Numbered from the stretch's first letter, positions 22,601 to 36,017 are shown. The stretch is 64,000 nt of DNA from an uncultured Methanosarcinaceae archaeon (GCA_963727895.1 CAVSHT010000004.1:1-64000); one strand, 5' to 3'. Notes: generated by a model not told the origin, from the sequence alone. A program made the numbers and translations.

Positions 22601-23456
22601 GGTTCCGTTGCAAAAAATATCTGTTAAGGATATAATCAAATAAAAGGGAAGTAAAGGATAATGACATGCTATCTAATCCCTTTAAATGGAAGCATTTTGT
22701 GGGTGAAATTATTTTATTGAATGTTAGATGGTACTTAAAATATCCATTAAGTTATCGAAATTTAAAGGAAATGATGACAGAAAAGGGAGTAGAAGTTGAT
22801 CACAGTACTATCATGAGATGGGTACATCAATATTCACCTGAAATTGAAAAAAAGGTCAGAAGGCATTTAAGACCAACTAATAACTCTTGGAGAGTTGATG
22901 AAACTTATATCAGAATTAAAGGTAAATGGAAATATTTTTACCGAGCAGTTGACTCAAATGGAGATACAATTGATTTTATGTTAAGTGCAAAACGAGACCA
23001 AAAAGCAGCGAACAGATTCTTCAAAAAAGCTTTGAATTCTAATCATAATCAAATTCCAAGAGTAATAACAGTTGATAAAAATCCAGCTTATCCACCTGCT
23101 ATAAATAAACTGAAAAATGATAAAATACTACCTATAAACGTAGGCATTCGACAAATCAAGTATTTGAATAACATTATAGAACAAGATCATAGATCCATTA
23201 AACGAATAGTTAATCCAATGTTAGGATTTCAGTCTTTTAACACAGCTATTAAAACTTTAAAAGGAATTGAAGCGATGAATATGATTAAAAAAGGACAAGT
23301 CAAGAATCTAAATTACTCTGGTCTTAATGAAGCTAAATATATTAATCAATTATTTGGAATAGTTCTATAATATTGATACATCTTCTTGAATATTTTAACT
23401 TCTGTTCATTGTCTATAGATTTACATGCTTATTCTGAGATTTTTTGCAACGGAACC
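22601..23456 (+). mobile_element. IS6-family element, intact transposase 22666..23370
   Basis: Both TIRs; full 234-aa DDE ORF. Confidence 0.97.
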
Positions 23457-23649
23457 AAAAATACCACTAAAGATTTTCCAATCATCTGCGCGAGGTCCTC
23501 TAGGCTTCTTTTTAAATTTAGACAGGGGTAATAATGGTTTTATTTTATTCCATAATTCAAAAGGTATCTTATAGTCCTGTACCATTTTTCGTTTTGTCAC
23601 TACCAAACATTCTATTCATAGGAATCAAAATATTTTTCGGATAGGCTCT
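23457..23649 (-). mobile_element. IS5-family left-end remnant, truncated by IS6
   Basis: TIR AGAGCCTATCCGAAAA; transposase N-terminus IPFELWNKIKPLLP...RGPRADDWKIFSGIF. Confidence 0.8.
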
Positions 23650-23917
23650 TAGAACAAGCCAGATCATAGAATACCTTTAGAATATACTTTTTCTTCGAGT
23701 TGCAGGCATTACTCCTTGCATGTACCAAAATATCTTTCCAGAAATCAAGAGGAAAAAGAGATGCGATCAAAAATAATAAAGAAAAAACATGGTCAATAGC
23801 CTCTAATTTAAGAAAATCAACTCTTTGAAATTCACTGATTTAATCTTAATTAAGATGGCTATTGATCTCTTTTTTTATGTTAAATACTTACGTTTTGTGT
23901 TTAGTCCTATTTATTTT

Positions 23918-25357
23918 TCATACAGTGCTTTCTGTACTATTCGAATTTATATTTACCGTGGTATTGGTTAGGGTGTTCCCTGAATAATCTCCATTATAAT
24001 TTTTAGTACTTGAATTGTTTCCACTATTTGTGGTGCTTCCTGCACTTTCACCACTATTTGTGGTGCTTCCTGCACTTTCACCACTATTTACGGTGTTTCC
24101 TGAGCCATCATCATAAGTTCTGGAGCCTGAGTCATCAGCATTATTTATGGTGCTTCCGGATCCATCGCCAACATTTATAGTGCTTCCTGACTTATCGCCA
24201 GCGTTTATGGTGGTTCCTGAGCCATCATCATAAGTTCTGGAGCCTGAGACATCTCCATTATTTATGGTGCTTCCGGCTTTATCGTCAGCATTTATTGTGC
24301 TTCCTGAACCAGTACCTGTATTGATAGTGCTTCCTGAACTATCACCAACATAATTTCTGTCGCCTGAATCCTCACCGTTATTAACGGTGCCGCCTGCTAC
24401 ACCACCATTATTATTGTTGCTTCCTGCATTATAACCATTATTAATGTAGCCTCCTGCTAAATCCCCAGCATAATTTTTGGCACCTGATCCATCACCATAA
24501 TTTAGGTAGGCATAGGCATTCTCACCATAGTTATTGTAGGCCCCTGCGCTGTTCCCATTGTTTATGCTGGCTCCTGCGTCGCTTCCATCATAATTTTTGG
24601 AGCCTGCGTACGTTCCATAATTAAAGGTTGATCCTGCATACGTTCCATAATTAAAGGTTGCTCCTGCATTATCTCCATTATTTACGGTGCTTCCTGCATT
24701 AGTTCCAGTATATGATTTACTCCCTGAATTAGTTCCTGTATTTACAGTAGCTCCTGCGTACTTTCCTTTATTGTCAGTACTCCCTGTTGTAGAAGTCTTA
24801 GAAGCAATATCTGCTTTTGCTTTAGAAGCAGTGTTCTTTGTGCTTGATTCATTGGTAACAGGATTAGTTGTGCATGACTCATTGTTAGCAGTGACATTGT
24901 TAGCAGTGACATTGTTAGCAGTGACATTGTTAGCAGTGCTCGTTGTATTCAGTTCATTGCCAACGGTGTTACTTGAACTTGAGCTTGAACTCCGGTGATG
25001 GCAAACTGTGGTACTTGATGTCTGTCCATTTACGGTGCTCCCTGCATTCTGTCCATTGCTGACTGTGAGATTGTTAACCATAAGGCTGTTAATTGAGACA
25101 TTGATAAATGTCACGTTAACAAATGTCACATTGTTAAATTCGACACTTTCAAATGAAACATTACTAAGTGTATTTCCTGAACTCAATTCATCATTAAATG
25201 ACATATTGTTTAACATGTTATCTTGATTGGCACATGTGTTAATTGAATTATTGTTGCCTCCTGTGTTATCCGCTGCGGTTGCGGCAGTTGTCAATAATAT
25301 TAATACTGTGAAAAGATAACCTGTCTTTTTCAGGATGTTAAATACTTGTTTTCTCAT
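23918..25357 (-). CDS. secreted Asn/Gly/Ser/Thr-rich protein with ~26 decapeptide repeats
   Basis: Signal peptide; pentapeptide-spaced VxFxN segment; (NNVTA)3; repeats of [AS]G[SA]TxNxG[DT]x. Confidence 0.9.
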   Translation of the reverse strand: MRKQVFNILKKTGYLFTVLILLTTAATAADNTGGNNNSINTCANQDNMLNNMSFNDELSSGNTLSNVSFESVEFNNVTFVNVTFINVSINSLMVNNLTVSNGQNAGSTVNGQTSSTTVCHHRSSSSSSSNTVGNELNTTSTANNVTANNVTANNVTANNESCTTNPVTNESSTKNTASKAKADIASKTSTTGSTDNKGKYAGATVNTGTNSGSKSYTGTNAGSTVNNGDNAGATFNYGTYAGSTFNYGTYAGSKNYDGSDAGASINNGNSAGAYNNYGENAYAYLNYGDGSGAKNYAGDLAGGYINNGYNAGSNNNNGGVAGGTVNNGEDSGDRNYVGDSSGSTINTGTGSGSTINADDKAGSTINNGDVSGSRTYDDGSGTTINAGDKSGSTINVGDGSGSTINNADDSGSRTYDDGSGNTVNSGESAGSTTNSGESAGSTTNSGNNSSTKNYNGDYSGNTLTNTTVNINSNSTESTV

Positions 25358-26114
25358 TTGTCCTCATTCCCCACTATTTTCCAGATTTTATACAATTTTA
25401 AAGCTGTTGTATTCGAATCCGCTCCCCTTATATAGACAGATTTTTTAAATTTCCAATATACCAATGTATATGCTGAATTAACTTTAAAAAAATGTTTTTC
25501 ATATTTTAATTCAACTAGCGATGATATATAGTTATCCGGGGCTAAAATTTATATTAATATTGTTTTGATAATCTTAATTTAAAAAATCTTTATATATTTT
25601 TACAAAGACATCCTATAAAATGTTATTAAAACAACAGCACGAATAAAAGGTTAAAATTACTTATTTGTTTATTAAGAACCTTTGAAAGAGTATTTCATCA
25701 AAATAAACTCATATATTTTGAGATATCAAAAAATAAATCCTATTTATTATTAAAAATGCCAATTATCTTGGATTAATTCTTAATACGTCAACAAATTCTA
25801 TTTATTTATAAGTAGGTCATCCATTGTTTTTATTTTTAATACTTAATTAAATCTCTGATACATAAATTGAAAATCTTTAATTTCTAATATTAAAACTTTT
25901 TATCCATTTGAATAGCAAATAGTTCCTTTACAATGTATTTTTTTAGTAATTGCTAAGATCAAACTCAAACTCTACAGCATGGAAAATTGTGGAATATTAA
26001 ATGTTACTGTGAAAATAATTATATCTGTTACTAATACACTTCTCATCCACAAACAAGTTTTATTTATTTTTCAGCTTCCAGAATAAGTTCAATTGACTTC
26101 CATTGTGAATTCGC

Positions 26115-26235
26115 GGCTCTGTAGAAAATCTATCTAAATCAGATACGATAGGCTGAAAACCAATTTAAAAAATATATCAGTTAATTCAATCAAAATTAAT
26201 GGAGATTTTTCGAATAAGAAGATTTCTACAGAGCC
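26115..26235. mobile_element. MITE with TIR GGCTCTGTAGAAA
   Basis: GGCTCTGTAGAAAATC...GATTTCTACAGAGCC; one-end remnant near 56182. Confidence 0.75.
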
Positions 26236-26413
26236 TATTTTTGTAAAACTCTAGTTTTTCTGGATGTTTAGATATACGAACCTTTTGACCTAAAACGTAG
26301 CTATCTTTGTGAGATCTTACAAGAGCTAAAAAATCAATTCTTTGAGATACATTGAATCTATTTTTTATAAAAGATGTTTGAATATAATGAGTCGTGTCAC
26401 TTGTTAAAAATGC

Positions 26414-27269
26414 GGTTCCGTTGCAAAAAATCTCAGAATAAGCATGTAAATCTATAGACAATGAACAGAAGTTAAAATATTCAAGAAGATGTATCAATAT
26501 TATAGAACTATTCCAAATAATTGATTAATATATTTAGCTTCATTAAGACCAGAGTAATTTAGATTCTTGACTTGTCCTTTTTTAATCATATTCATCGCTT
26601 CAATTCCTTTTAAAGTTTTAATAGCTGTGTTAAAAGACTGAAATCCTAACATTGGATTAACTATTCGTTTAATGGATCTATGATCTTGTTCTATAATGTT
26701 ATTCAAATACTTGATTTGTCGAATGCCTACGTTTATAGGTAGTATTTTATCATTTTTCAGTTTATTTATAGCAGGTGGATAAGCTGGATTTTTATCAACT
26801 GTTATTACTCTTGGAATTTGATTATGATTAGAATTCAAAGCTTTTTTGAAGAATCTGTTCGCTGCTTTTTGGTCTCGTTTTGCACTTAACATAAAATCAA
26901 TTGTATCTCCATTTGAGTCAACTGCTCGGTAAAAATATTTCCATTTACCTTTAATTCTGATATAAGTTTCATCAACTCTCCAAGAGTCGTTTGTTGGTCT
27001 TAAATGCCTTCTGACCTTTTTTTCAATTTCAGGTGAATATTGATGTACCCATCTCATGATAGTACTGTGATCAACTTCTACTCCCCTTTCTGCCATCATT
27101 TCCTTTAAATTTCGATAACTTAATGGATATTTTAAGTACCATCTAACATTCAATAAAATAATTTCACCCACAAAATGCTTCCATTTAAAGGGATTAGATA
27201 GCATGTCATTATCCTTTACTTCCCTTTTATTTGATTATATCCTTAACAGATATTTTTTGCAACGGAACC
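26414..27269 (-). mobile_element. IS6-family element, intact transposase 26500..27204
   Basis: Both TIRs; full 234-aa ORF. Confidence 0.97.
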
Positions 27270-27379
27270 ATAATTCTTACCTTTTGTACCATTTTCCTGG
27301 TGATGAGATTGATTAACATTCTTAATTGTGAAGGTTTTCAGTGATTTTGTAAAATATTCTGATTTTTTGCAACGGAACC
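27270..27379. mobile_element. IS6-derived MITE truncated by the adjacent IS6
   Basis: Near-identical reverse complement of 43878-43988. Confidence 0.85.
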
Positions 27380-27520
27380 CTTGATTTTATACCTCAAGTA
27401 CATAAGTCATAAAGAAGGTGAATAAAAAAACAGTCTTCATTTTTAACGTTTATAATTTACTTTATTTAAAACAAGTATATAAATATACGAATTTGTTATT
27501 TTATTTTGGGGCTAAATATT

Positions 27521-27820
27521 ATGGCAGAGGTTTTGAGGTTATCACCAGCTATTTGTGTGTATCCAGATGACAAGTGCAAAAATACAACTATTGAAGTGAT
27601 TCTTCCGGGAGTTGAAAAGAAAGATATCTCTTTCAAAATTAGTGACAGTGGTTTCTACGTGAGAGCCACTAGAGAAGGTATTGAATATACGGACAGCTAT
27701 GCTTTTTACTGCCCAGTATAACCTGGAAAAGCAGTTGCTAACTATTTAAATGGCGTGCTTAAAGTCACAGTACCTTATAAATATACTCCTGAAAAATTAG
27801 TGAATGTTAAAATTGAGTAA
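27521..27820 (+). pseudogene. Hsp20/alpha-crystallin family protein with an in-frame TAA
   Basis: EVILPGVEKKDI ... CPV*PGKAVANYLNGVLKVTVPY; stop at 27719-27721. Confidence 0.85.
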
Positions 27821-27886
27821 GATAACAATGACATGATAATCGTCTTTAAAAAAAGAAAATAACTACAAATTATTCACTCAAAATAG

Positions 27887-29251
<1,365 letters not shown>

Positions 29252-30088
29252 ACTGTATGACACTACACTTGTTTTTGATTTTCTCAGATTCTCAAGGCCT
29301 TCGTTGATAGCTTGACTTACATTGTCATACTCGGAGCATACCCAGTTATACAAGTTTTTAGGGACCCTGGAATTAACCCGGATTTTTCTTCCTGAAATGT
29401 CATATATGACATACAAGTATATGACATAAAAAAGGATTTTGCTTTTATTAAAAACTGGCTTTAATAATTCACAGGTATTTTTTGCAACTGAACCAAATTA
29501 ACAAATCGGTCATATTCTACTACTGTGAGAACCTTTGTTCCACCAGATGTTACAAGTCACTTATCCATAAAAACATCTACGAATGAAATATTAAAACATT
29601 CGTATTTTGAATTTTATAAAAATAATTAGCTTTGAAAATTAAGTAAAAATGGGTAAATACCCGAACGTTCTAACTCAAAACGTTCGTATATGGAATCTCC
29701 TGAAAAATTAGATTCTTACAAATATACACAGATTTCACACTATAAACTCTGCTTTTTTCAAATTACGCAACTTATGCTTACATCTCAAAATAAGCGAAAT
29801 CATTTCAGGATAAAACAAACAATTTATAGTATTGAATAGAGTATATCTTATTAAATATCTGAAGTTTTGTTTTAAAAGATTGTTTTATCCTAAAATAAAG
29901 AACAGGATGCTTTTGATGAAACAAATAAATTTTTTTTCCATACTGTTTACATTTATCTTGCTCCTTCTGACGCCAAACTTGACATCAGCAATGTTGGATC
30001 TCTGGACATGAACATTGGAAGATTGGCGAAAGTCAAACCTTTACAAGAATGAGAATGAATTTTAAGACATGCTCTTAGTGATTATTTC

Positions 30089-30238
30089 GGTTGTGGTGCA
30101 AAAATTTTCGTCTCGTACTTTAAGGCTATAATAATTACTTTTTTGTGCCAAATTTTGTGGTGACATTTTGTTTAACTTTCCCAAATGTGAAGGATTTAAT
30201 TAATTTTGTAAAATAGCCAGATTTTTTGCACCAGAACC
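30089..30238. mobile_element. 150-bp IS6-type MITE
   Basis: Reverse complement of 27887..28036. Confidence 0.9.
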
Positions 30239-30708
30239 ACTTTACCAATACAGGAAACCTTATTGAAAGGTTGAAAAAAGCAAATCAAGAAGGAATGCTT
30301 GAAAAGAAACTCAGGGACTTGATGAAGTATAAAGTGCTGATTATTGATGAAATAGGATATCTTCTATTTGACGAAGAAGGAGCTCACTGTTTATTTCAGC
30401 TAATCTCAAGACGTTATGAAAGAAATTCAATGATCTTAACATCGAATAAGTCGTATGGAGAATGGGGAGAGAGATTCAAGGACCATGTAATAGCGGCTGC
30501 TGTACTTGATAGGCTTCTCCATCATTCTACGACAATTAATATCAAAGGGGAAAGTTACAGGCTGAAAGAAAGGAAAAAACAGGGTATAAAAACAGGAAAT
30601 CTATACCAGTAATTTTTAACAAGTTCATGAAAAATTGAGCAAACTTTATATCACAAGGTGGGGAAAATTAATCCGACCAAAATAGGGAAAAGTAAACCGG
30701 CATTGACA
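30239..30708 (+). mobile_element. IS21 right half (3' istB + right end)
   Basis: Ends GGCATTGACA at 30708; TSD TACAGT (30709-30714) matches the reverse complement of 29252-29257. Confidence 0.92.
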
Positions 30709-31134
30709 TACAGTCAAGAAGATGACATACCAAGTAGTCATACAATTGACGAGAGTGTCATACCAAACGTTATACCTAAACCGCAAATAGTCATACATGA
30801 TGACATACTAACATTGAAAACAATAACTGAAGAACAAAAAACTAGAATTGATGATTATAAGATCCAGATTAAAACTCTTTTTGACGAAATTGAAAGGTTA
30901 AGGGTTTCTCTGAATAAATCCCCAGATCCCTCCGAACTCGCCCAACTTCAAGGAAAATACGGAGAGTTAGAAAAACATAATTTAACATTAAGGGAAGAAC
31001 TTGAAAAAGCCCACCAAGAAAAAGATGATATTAAAAATCTTTATGACAACTATATGCGACAAATGCAGACTTTAATTCAACAGAAAGCAATTGAAGCACC
31101 CGGAGAAAAGAAAAAGTGGTGGAAATTCTGGTAA
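30709..31134 (+). pseudogene. coiled-coil 'WWKFW' plasmid protein; 5' part displaced to ~29252-29400 (-)
   Basis: C-terminus nearly identical to 62392..62871; interrupted by IS21. Confidence 0.8.
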
Positions 31135-31684
31135 CAATGTTAAGGCACACTATTTTTTTTGATTATGTATCACTACAACGAGAGCGCTTAATATACCCAT
31201 CAAAACAGCAATATAAATCGACACTGTAAAACGAATTGTCCCACCCTTATTCATAAACACAACAGATGCTGAACAACTATAATAAATAGAGTACTCTATC
31301 ACTGGATAAATATAATAAAAGAAAGCAATTGAAGCTCAAAGAGCAAAAAAGCATTGTGGCAATTCGAATAATTTAGTTTTCTAGTGACCAATTTTTCATT
31401 AGTCACTATACACGCTGATTTTCTCTTAACAAAAACGGTATTGGTAATCAAAAATAGGCATATATGCTTATAACATATATTTCTTCATGAACTGCCCCAG
31501 ATGCAATAGTTCTAGTCACAAAAAGGATGGTATAGTTGGCGGGCGTCAACGGTACAAATGCTCTGATTGTGGCTATAACTATACAGTAGAGCTAAAATCA
31601 ACTGCTTTTTCCGCTTCTATAAAAAGACAGGCTTTACAACTCTATCTTGAAGGATTGGGTTTTCGCTCAATAGGAAGAGTTTAG

Positions 31685-33203
31685 CATGAAAGTACATGAG
31701 GATATCTTCCTCACGTGCTCTCTTCATCCTCTTTTCCCTTTATTGCAAATATTTCACTAATTATTTTTATCCGTTCATCAACCGAGAATATCTCGGTCTC
31801 AACAATCTTCCTCTTTTGAATTTCTCCCTTTTTGATATCCAGTTTCATCTTCGTACATCTCATCGTTTGCAATAAGATGCCATATTATCGTTGCAATTTT
31901 CCTTGCCAAGGCAATAATTGCCTTTGAATGCCCAATTGACTTCTTTTTCCTGTTAAAAAACTCTTTTAACTTACTGTTATTCTTTCTTGCCGCTGCTTGA
32001 GCAATCTGTGTCAGAATCCATCTTGCTCTCTTTGATCCTCTCTTTGTGATTCTTCCGTTGTGGTATTTATCTGCAGATTGGTACACATTAGGAACCAGAC
32101 CAAGCCAGGAAGCAAGCTTATCTCCAGAAGAAAAATCCTTGAAATTGCCTATTTCAGCAAGTAGAATTGCCGCACCAAGTTCTCCTATACCTGGAACTGA
32201 CATTAAAATCTCCATTTCTCGCTTATGATTTCGATAAGCATAATTGAAAATTTCTTTTTCTAAAGCTTCGAGTCTCATCATCAAGACTCTTTATGAGTTT
32301 CAGACAGATCTGAAGTCTGAATGCAGCACTTTGAGAGATTTCTCGATCAAGAATTTCTCTTATCTGAGCAGCTTTTTTTACGAACATTTGGAGAGAGGCT
32401 TGCGATAATCTGGTCAACAGTCTTACCTGAAGAGATTCCTGATAAGATCATTCTGCCATTCTTGCCAAAAATGTCTGTCAGCACATTCTTCAGGTTTAAC
32501 ATTTCAGATGCAAGAATTGAGTGAGCTTTATTTTTTAGATCTGTTCTTTTTTGTACAAGTGTTAACCGAAGTCGAACATATGATCTAAAATCTCTATGAT
32601 CCTTTGGAAAAACTCTTGATGGCTGAATCATATTATTAAGTGCAAGTTGTGCAATGACTTCTGAGTCAATCTTATCTGTTTTTTTATGGGTAAATACCTT
32701 CATATCTCGCGCATTTCCAACTATTACAGGTAGATGCTTTATCAATGAATCATGAATCGGAACCCAAAAGTCACTTGTTGATTCACATGCAACAACATCA
32801 CATTTTTCTGATGTTACCCAATTTTTAAGGGCTAAAATTCCCTCATCATCTCTGTTGAAACGTTGCTGTTGTTTTTCACCAGATCGACTGAGAATTGTAG
32901 CAATGAAAAAGAGTTTGTGAATGTCTAAACCACAAGCTTTGTTTATGACTTCAATCAAATTAATATCACCCAATTTATTTGGGCAGTGGAATTGCCTAAA
33001 AGGCCAATTTAGCATCCGTGATCAAAGTCACACTTGAGCCTTCGATGGCAATTCACTGATTAGTTTTATGACGGTTTTGAAAAACCAAAATCAGGACAAC
33101 CTTACTGCCCAAGGTAATGAGGGCTTAATAGTCCAAAAAAAGAACGGTAGAGTACTTTCATTTCGTTGTGCTTGTTATTCGAAGAATATCATGTGCGTTT
33201 TAG
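31685..33203 (-). mobile_element. IS110-family element (DEDD recombinase, frameshifted), copy 1
   Basis: CGLDIHK, ACESTS, KTDKIDS, SVPGIGE, WLGLVP..YQSA, ALARKIA; no conventional TIR/TSD; TTTAG at both junctions. Confidence 0.93.
32979..33112 (-). ncRNA. candidate IS110 bridge/seek RNA (structured non-coding end upstream of the recombinase), copy 1
   Basis: Closing stem TTGGGCAGT/ACTGCCCAA; internal stems AAGGC/GCCTT, GTGA/TCAC and GGTTT/AAACC are conserved in copy 2 while loops vary. Confidence 0.6.
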
Positions 33204-33746
33204 GGGTAAGCCATGTTTCTGTCCAAAAATGGATCAAGAAATTTGGTCAAGAGTGAGAGAACCTAAAAAGTGAAAGTGAGATATCTATTGTTGAAATGGA
33301 TGAGATGCACACTTACGTCGGTAACAAAAAAAATATTGCTGGATCTGGATTGCTGTTGATAGAGTTGGGAAAAAGTTCATCAACTGCTCTTTTGGCAGCA
33401 GAGGAACGGAAACTGGAAAACTACTCTGGGAAAAATTGAAGAAAAAAGACATTGGAGAAGTGATGACAGATCACTGGAGAGCATATGCAGAGTTTCTTCC
33501 AGAAAAGATTCATACTCAATCAAAAGCAGAAACATTTACAGTTGAGAGATATAACAGCATATTGAGGCATTTTCTAGCAAGATTAAGAAGAAAGACAAAG
33601 TGTTATACGAAGAGTCTTGAAATGCTAAAGTACTCGGTTATTCTATTGATGAAATACAGAAATAAAGAACTAGATATATTTAGATAACAATACCACAAAA
33701 ACAAGTTTGAATATCAAAAAAAAAGAATAGGAAAATATCTTATCTT

Positions 33747-33917
33747 TTAATTATCGCACTCGATCTGATGGATCAAATCACTGGTATATGCTTCAGAGAG
33801 ATATACATCTGAGTTACATGGCGCGATTTTTACCAGTCTCCCAAATCTTGAGACATACATGTCAGAACCGCGTGAAGTTCTCACTTTTGTAAAAGTATAT
33901 CCTTTTGCAAAAATCAT
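33747..33917 (-). CDS. 56-aa hypothetical protein (MIFAKGYTFTKVRTSRGSDMYVSRFG...)
   Basis: Strong GGAGGT RBS; below the ORF-track cutoff. Confidence 0.55.
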   Translation of the reverse strand: MIFAKGYTFTKVRTSRGSDMYVSRFGRLVKIAPCNSDVYLSEAYTSDLIHQIECDN

Positions 33918-34099
33918 TTTTTACCTCCAACACTTAATATGTCAGGCTAAACATATTAAGATTTTTTTACCTATCAATCGTTACATTTTTACAGGTTTAA
34001 ATATTGATTAAAAAGAAAGCCACTCAAGCAACTAAATAACAGAAATCATGGGTTTCGATAACTTGTTATCAGAAAAACGTAATTAGAAAAAGACGATTT

Positions 34100-34195
34100 T
34101 GAATTACAGGAAGCTCTCTCCCAAAAGCTCCCTGCATATCCACAAAAAGAGGTTTATTTTACAATCTAAATACTCCATTCGCCCTTATAAATACT
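34100..34195 (-). ncRNA. candidate small RNA / conserved hairpin element (copy 1)
   Basis: Minus-strand stem GCAGGGAGCUUUU...AGAGAGCUUCCUGU with an upstream TTTATA; conserved at 63115-63210. Confidence 0.4.
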
Positions 34196-34220
34196 AAAGA
34201 AGAAGTTTTTCTGAATATTA

Positions 34221-34338
34221 TAGGACTTACGCACTTGAAGTATAAAATCAAGAACAATTGACGTTGTGACGAATTAGGCGTTTTAGACAGTTAAGGGTTT
34301 AATGCTATTGATTTCTCAGTCCAACTGCGTAAGTCCTA
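34221..34338. mobile_element. MITE with TIR TAGGACTTACGCA
   Basis: 118 bp; absent from the homologous site near 63230. Confidence 0.85.
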
Positions 34339-34548
34339 TATTATTTTGAGATAAAAGAAATAACAGAGTTGGAACGACTTAAAAATCAGAAGGTAATTGA
34401 GGTACCTGGAACTAAAAAGACATAGTGGAGATTCCGGTAGTGTATCATGTTCTATTTTCAATCATTTGTAATCAATTTCTATATATGACATCTCGCTGTC
34501 TGGGTTAAATCCGAGAACACCATCTATTGCAATTGCTTCTCCTGTTTC

Positions 34549-34698
34549 GGTTCCGTTGCAAAAATATTTCCCTCATACTTTAAGGCTATTATTCTTTCCT
34601 TCAAATATTATTTTAACCCCAATTTGATCACTCAAATTGCTTTATTGTGAAGGTTTTCAATGATTTTGTAAAATGCCCTGATTTTTTGCAACGGAACC
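34549..34698. mobile_element. 150-bp IS6-type MITE replacing the left end of the next IS6
   Basis: GGTTCCGTTGCAAAAA TIRs; internal TTGTGAAGGTTTTCAA. Confidence 0.9.
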
Positions 34699-35737
34699 TA
34701 AAATAAAAATGAAATCAAAGGTAGTGACATGCTATCTAATTCCTTTAAATGGAAGCACTTTGTAGGTGAAATTATCTTATTGAATGTTAGATGGTACTTA
34801 AAATATCCATTAAGTTATCGAAATTTAAAGGAAATGATGACAGAAAGAGGGGTAATAGTCAACCATACAACCATTATGAGATGGGTACATCAATACTCAC
34901 CTGAAATAGAAAAGAAGATCAGAAGACATTTAAGACCAACAAATGACTCTTGGAGAGTTGATGAAACTTACATCGGAGTTAAAGGTGAATGAAAATATTT
35001 TTACCGAGCAGTTGAATCAAATGGAGATACGATTGATTTCATGTTAAGTGCAAAACGAGACCAAAAAGCAGCAAACAGATTATTCAAAAAAGCTTTGAAC
35101 TCTAATCATAATCAAATTCCAAGAGTAATAACAGTTGACAAAAATCCAGCTTATCCACCTGCTATAAATAAACTGAAAAATGATAAAATACTACCTATAA
35201 ACGTAGGCATTAGACAAATCAAGTATTTGAATAACATTATAGAACAAGATCATAGATCCATTAAAAGAATAGTTAATCCAATGTTAGGATTTTAGTCTTT
35301 TCATACAGCCATTTGAACTCTAATCATAATCAAATTCCAAGAGTAATCACAGTTGACAAAAATCCAGCTTATCCACCTGCTATAAATAAACTGAAAAATG
35401 ATAAAATACTACCTATAAACGTAGGCATTAGACAAATCAAATATTTGAATAACATTATAGAACAAGATCATAGATCCATTAAAAGAATAGTTAATCCAAT
35501 GTTAGGATTTCAGTCTTTTCATACAGCCATTAAAACTTTAAAAGGAATTGAAGCGATGAATATGATTAAAAAAGAACAAGTCAAGAATCTAGATTACTCT
35601 GGCTTTAATGAAGCTAAATATATTAATCAATTATTTGGAATAGTTCTATAATATTGACACATCTTTTTGAATATTTTAACTTTTGTTTATTGATTATGGA
35701 TTTACATGCTTATTCTGAGATTTTTTGCAACGGAACC
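34699..35737 (+). mobile_element. IS6-family element, pseudogenised, with an internal 218-bp tandem duplication
   Basis: TGA at 34990-34992; 35094-35311 repeated from 35312; right TIR ends at 35737. Confidence 0.93.
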
Positions 35738-36017
35738 CTTAAGAATGCATAGTTTTTCCATCACATTACAGAACTGTGATAGAGTACCAATACAAAAAAT
35801 TGATACTGAAACCAATGAAACTCAAATTGGGTACATACCATATTACCAGCGTCTTGCCCCTGAAGTGGACAGCCTTCTAACGCTTGAACCCACACTTTCC
35901 GCAAGAGCCATTGCCGAAAGACTTAATATAGGAAAAGATACGGCGCTAAAAGCTATAAAATACATTAGAGATTCAAGAGCCTCCAGGTATCAAGAAAAAA
36001 CGCCTGGATTAATATGA
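35738..36017 (+). pseudogene. C-terminal HTH fragment truncated by IS6 (copy 2)
   Basis: Homologous to 3669..3934. Confidence 0.6.

Larger units (their letters stand above)
31437..33694 (+). mobile_element. IS1-family element with 8-bp TSD ACAAAAAC, interrupted by IS110
   Basis: TSD at 31429-31436 and 33695-33702; insA resumes after 33203. Confidence 0.95.

Noticed and set aside
22601..27269. Compound transposon of two IS6 copies around the repeat-protein gene
   Set aside because: The copies are inverted and no shared 8-bp TSD was found at the outer flanks, so movement as a unit is unsupported.
34698..34704. MITE junction falls at the same CTAAAA site that IS110 uses in IS6
   Set aside because: Single instance in an AT-rich tract with no IS110 sequence present; treated as coincidence.
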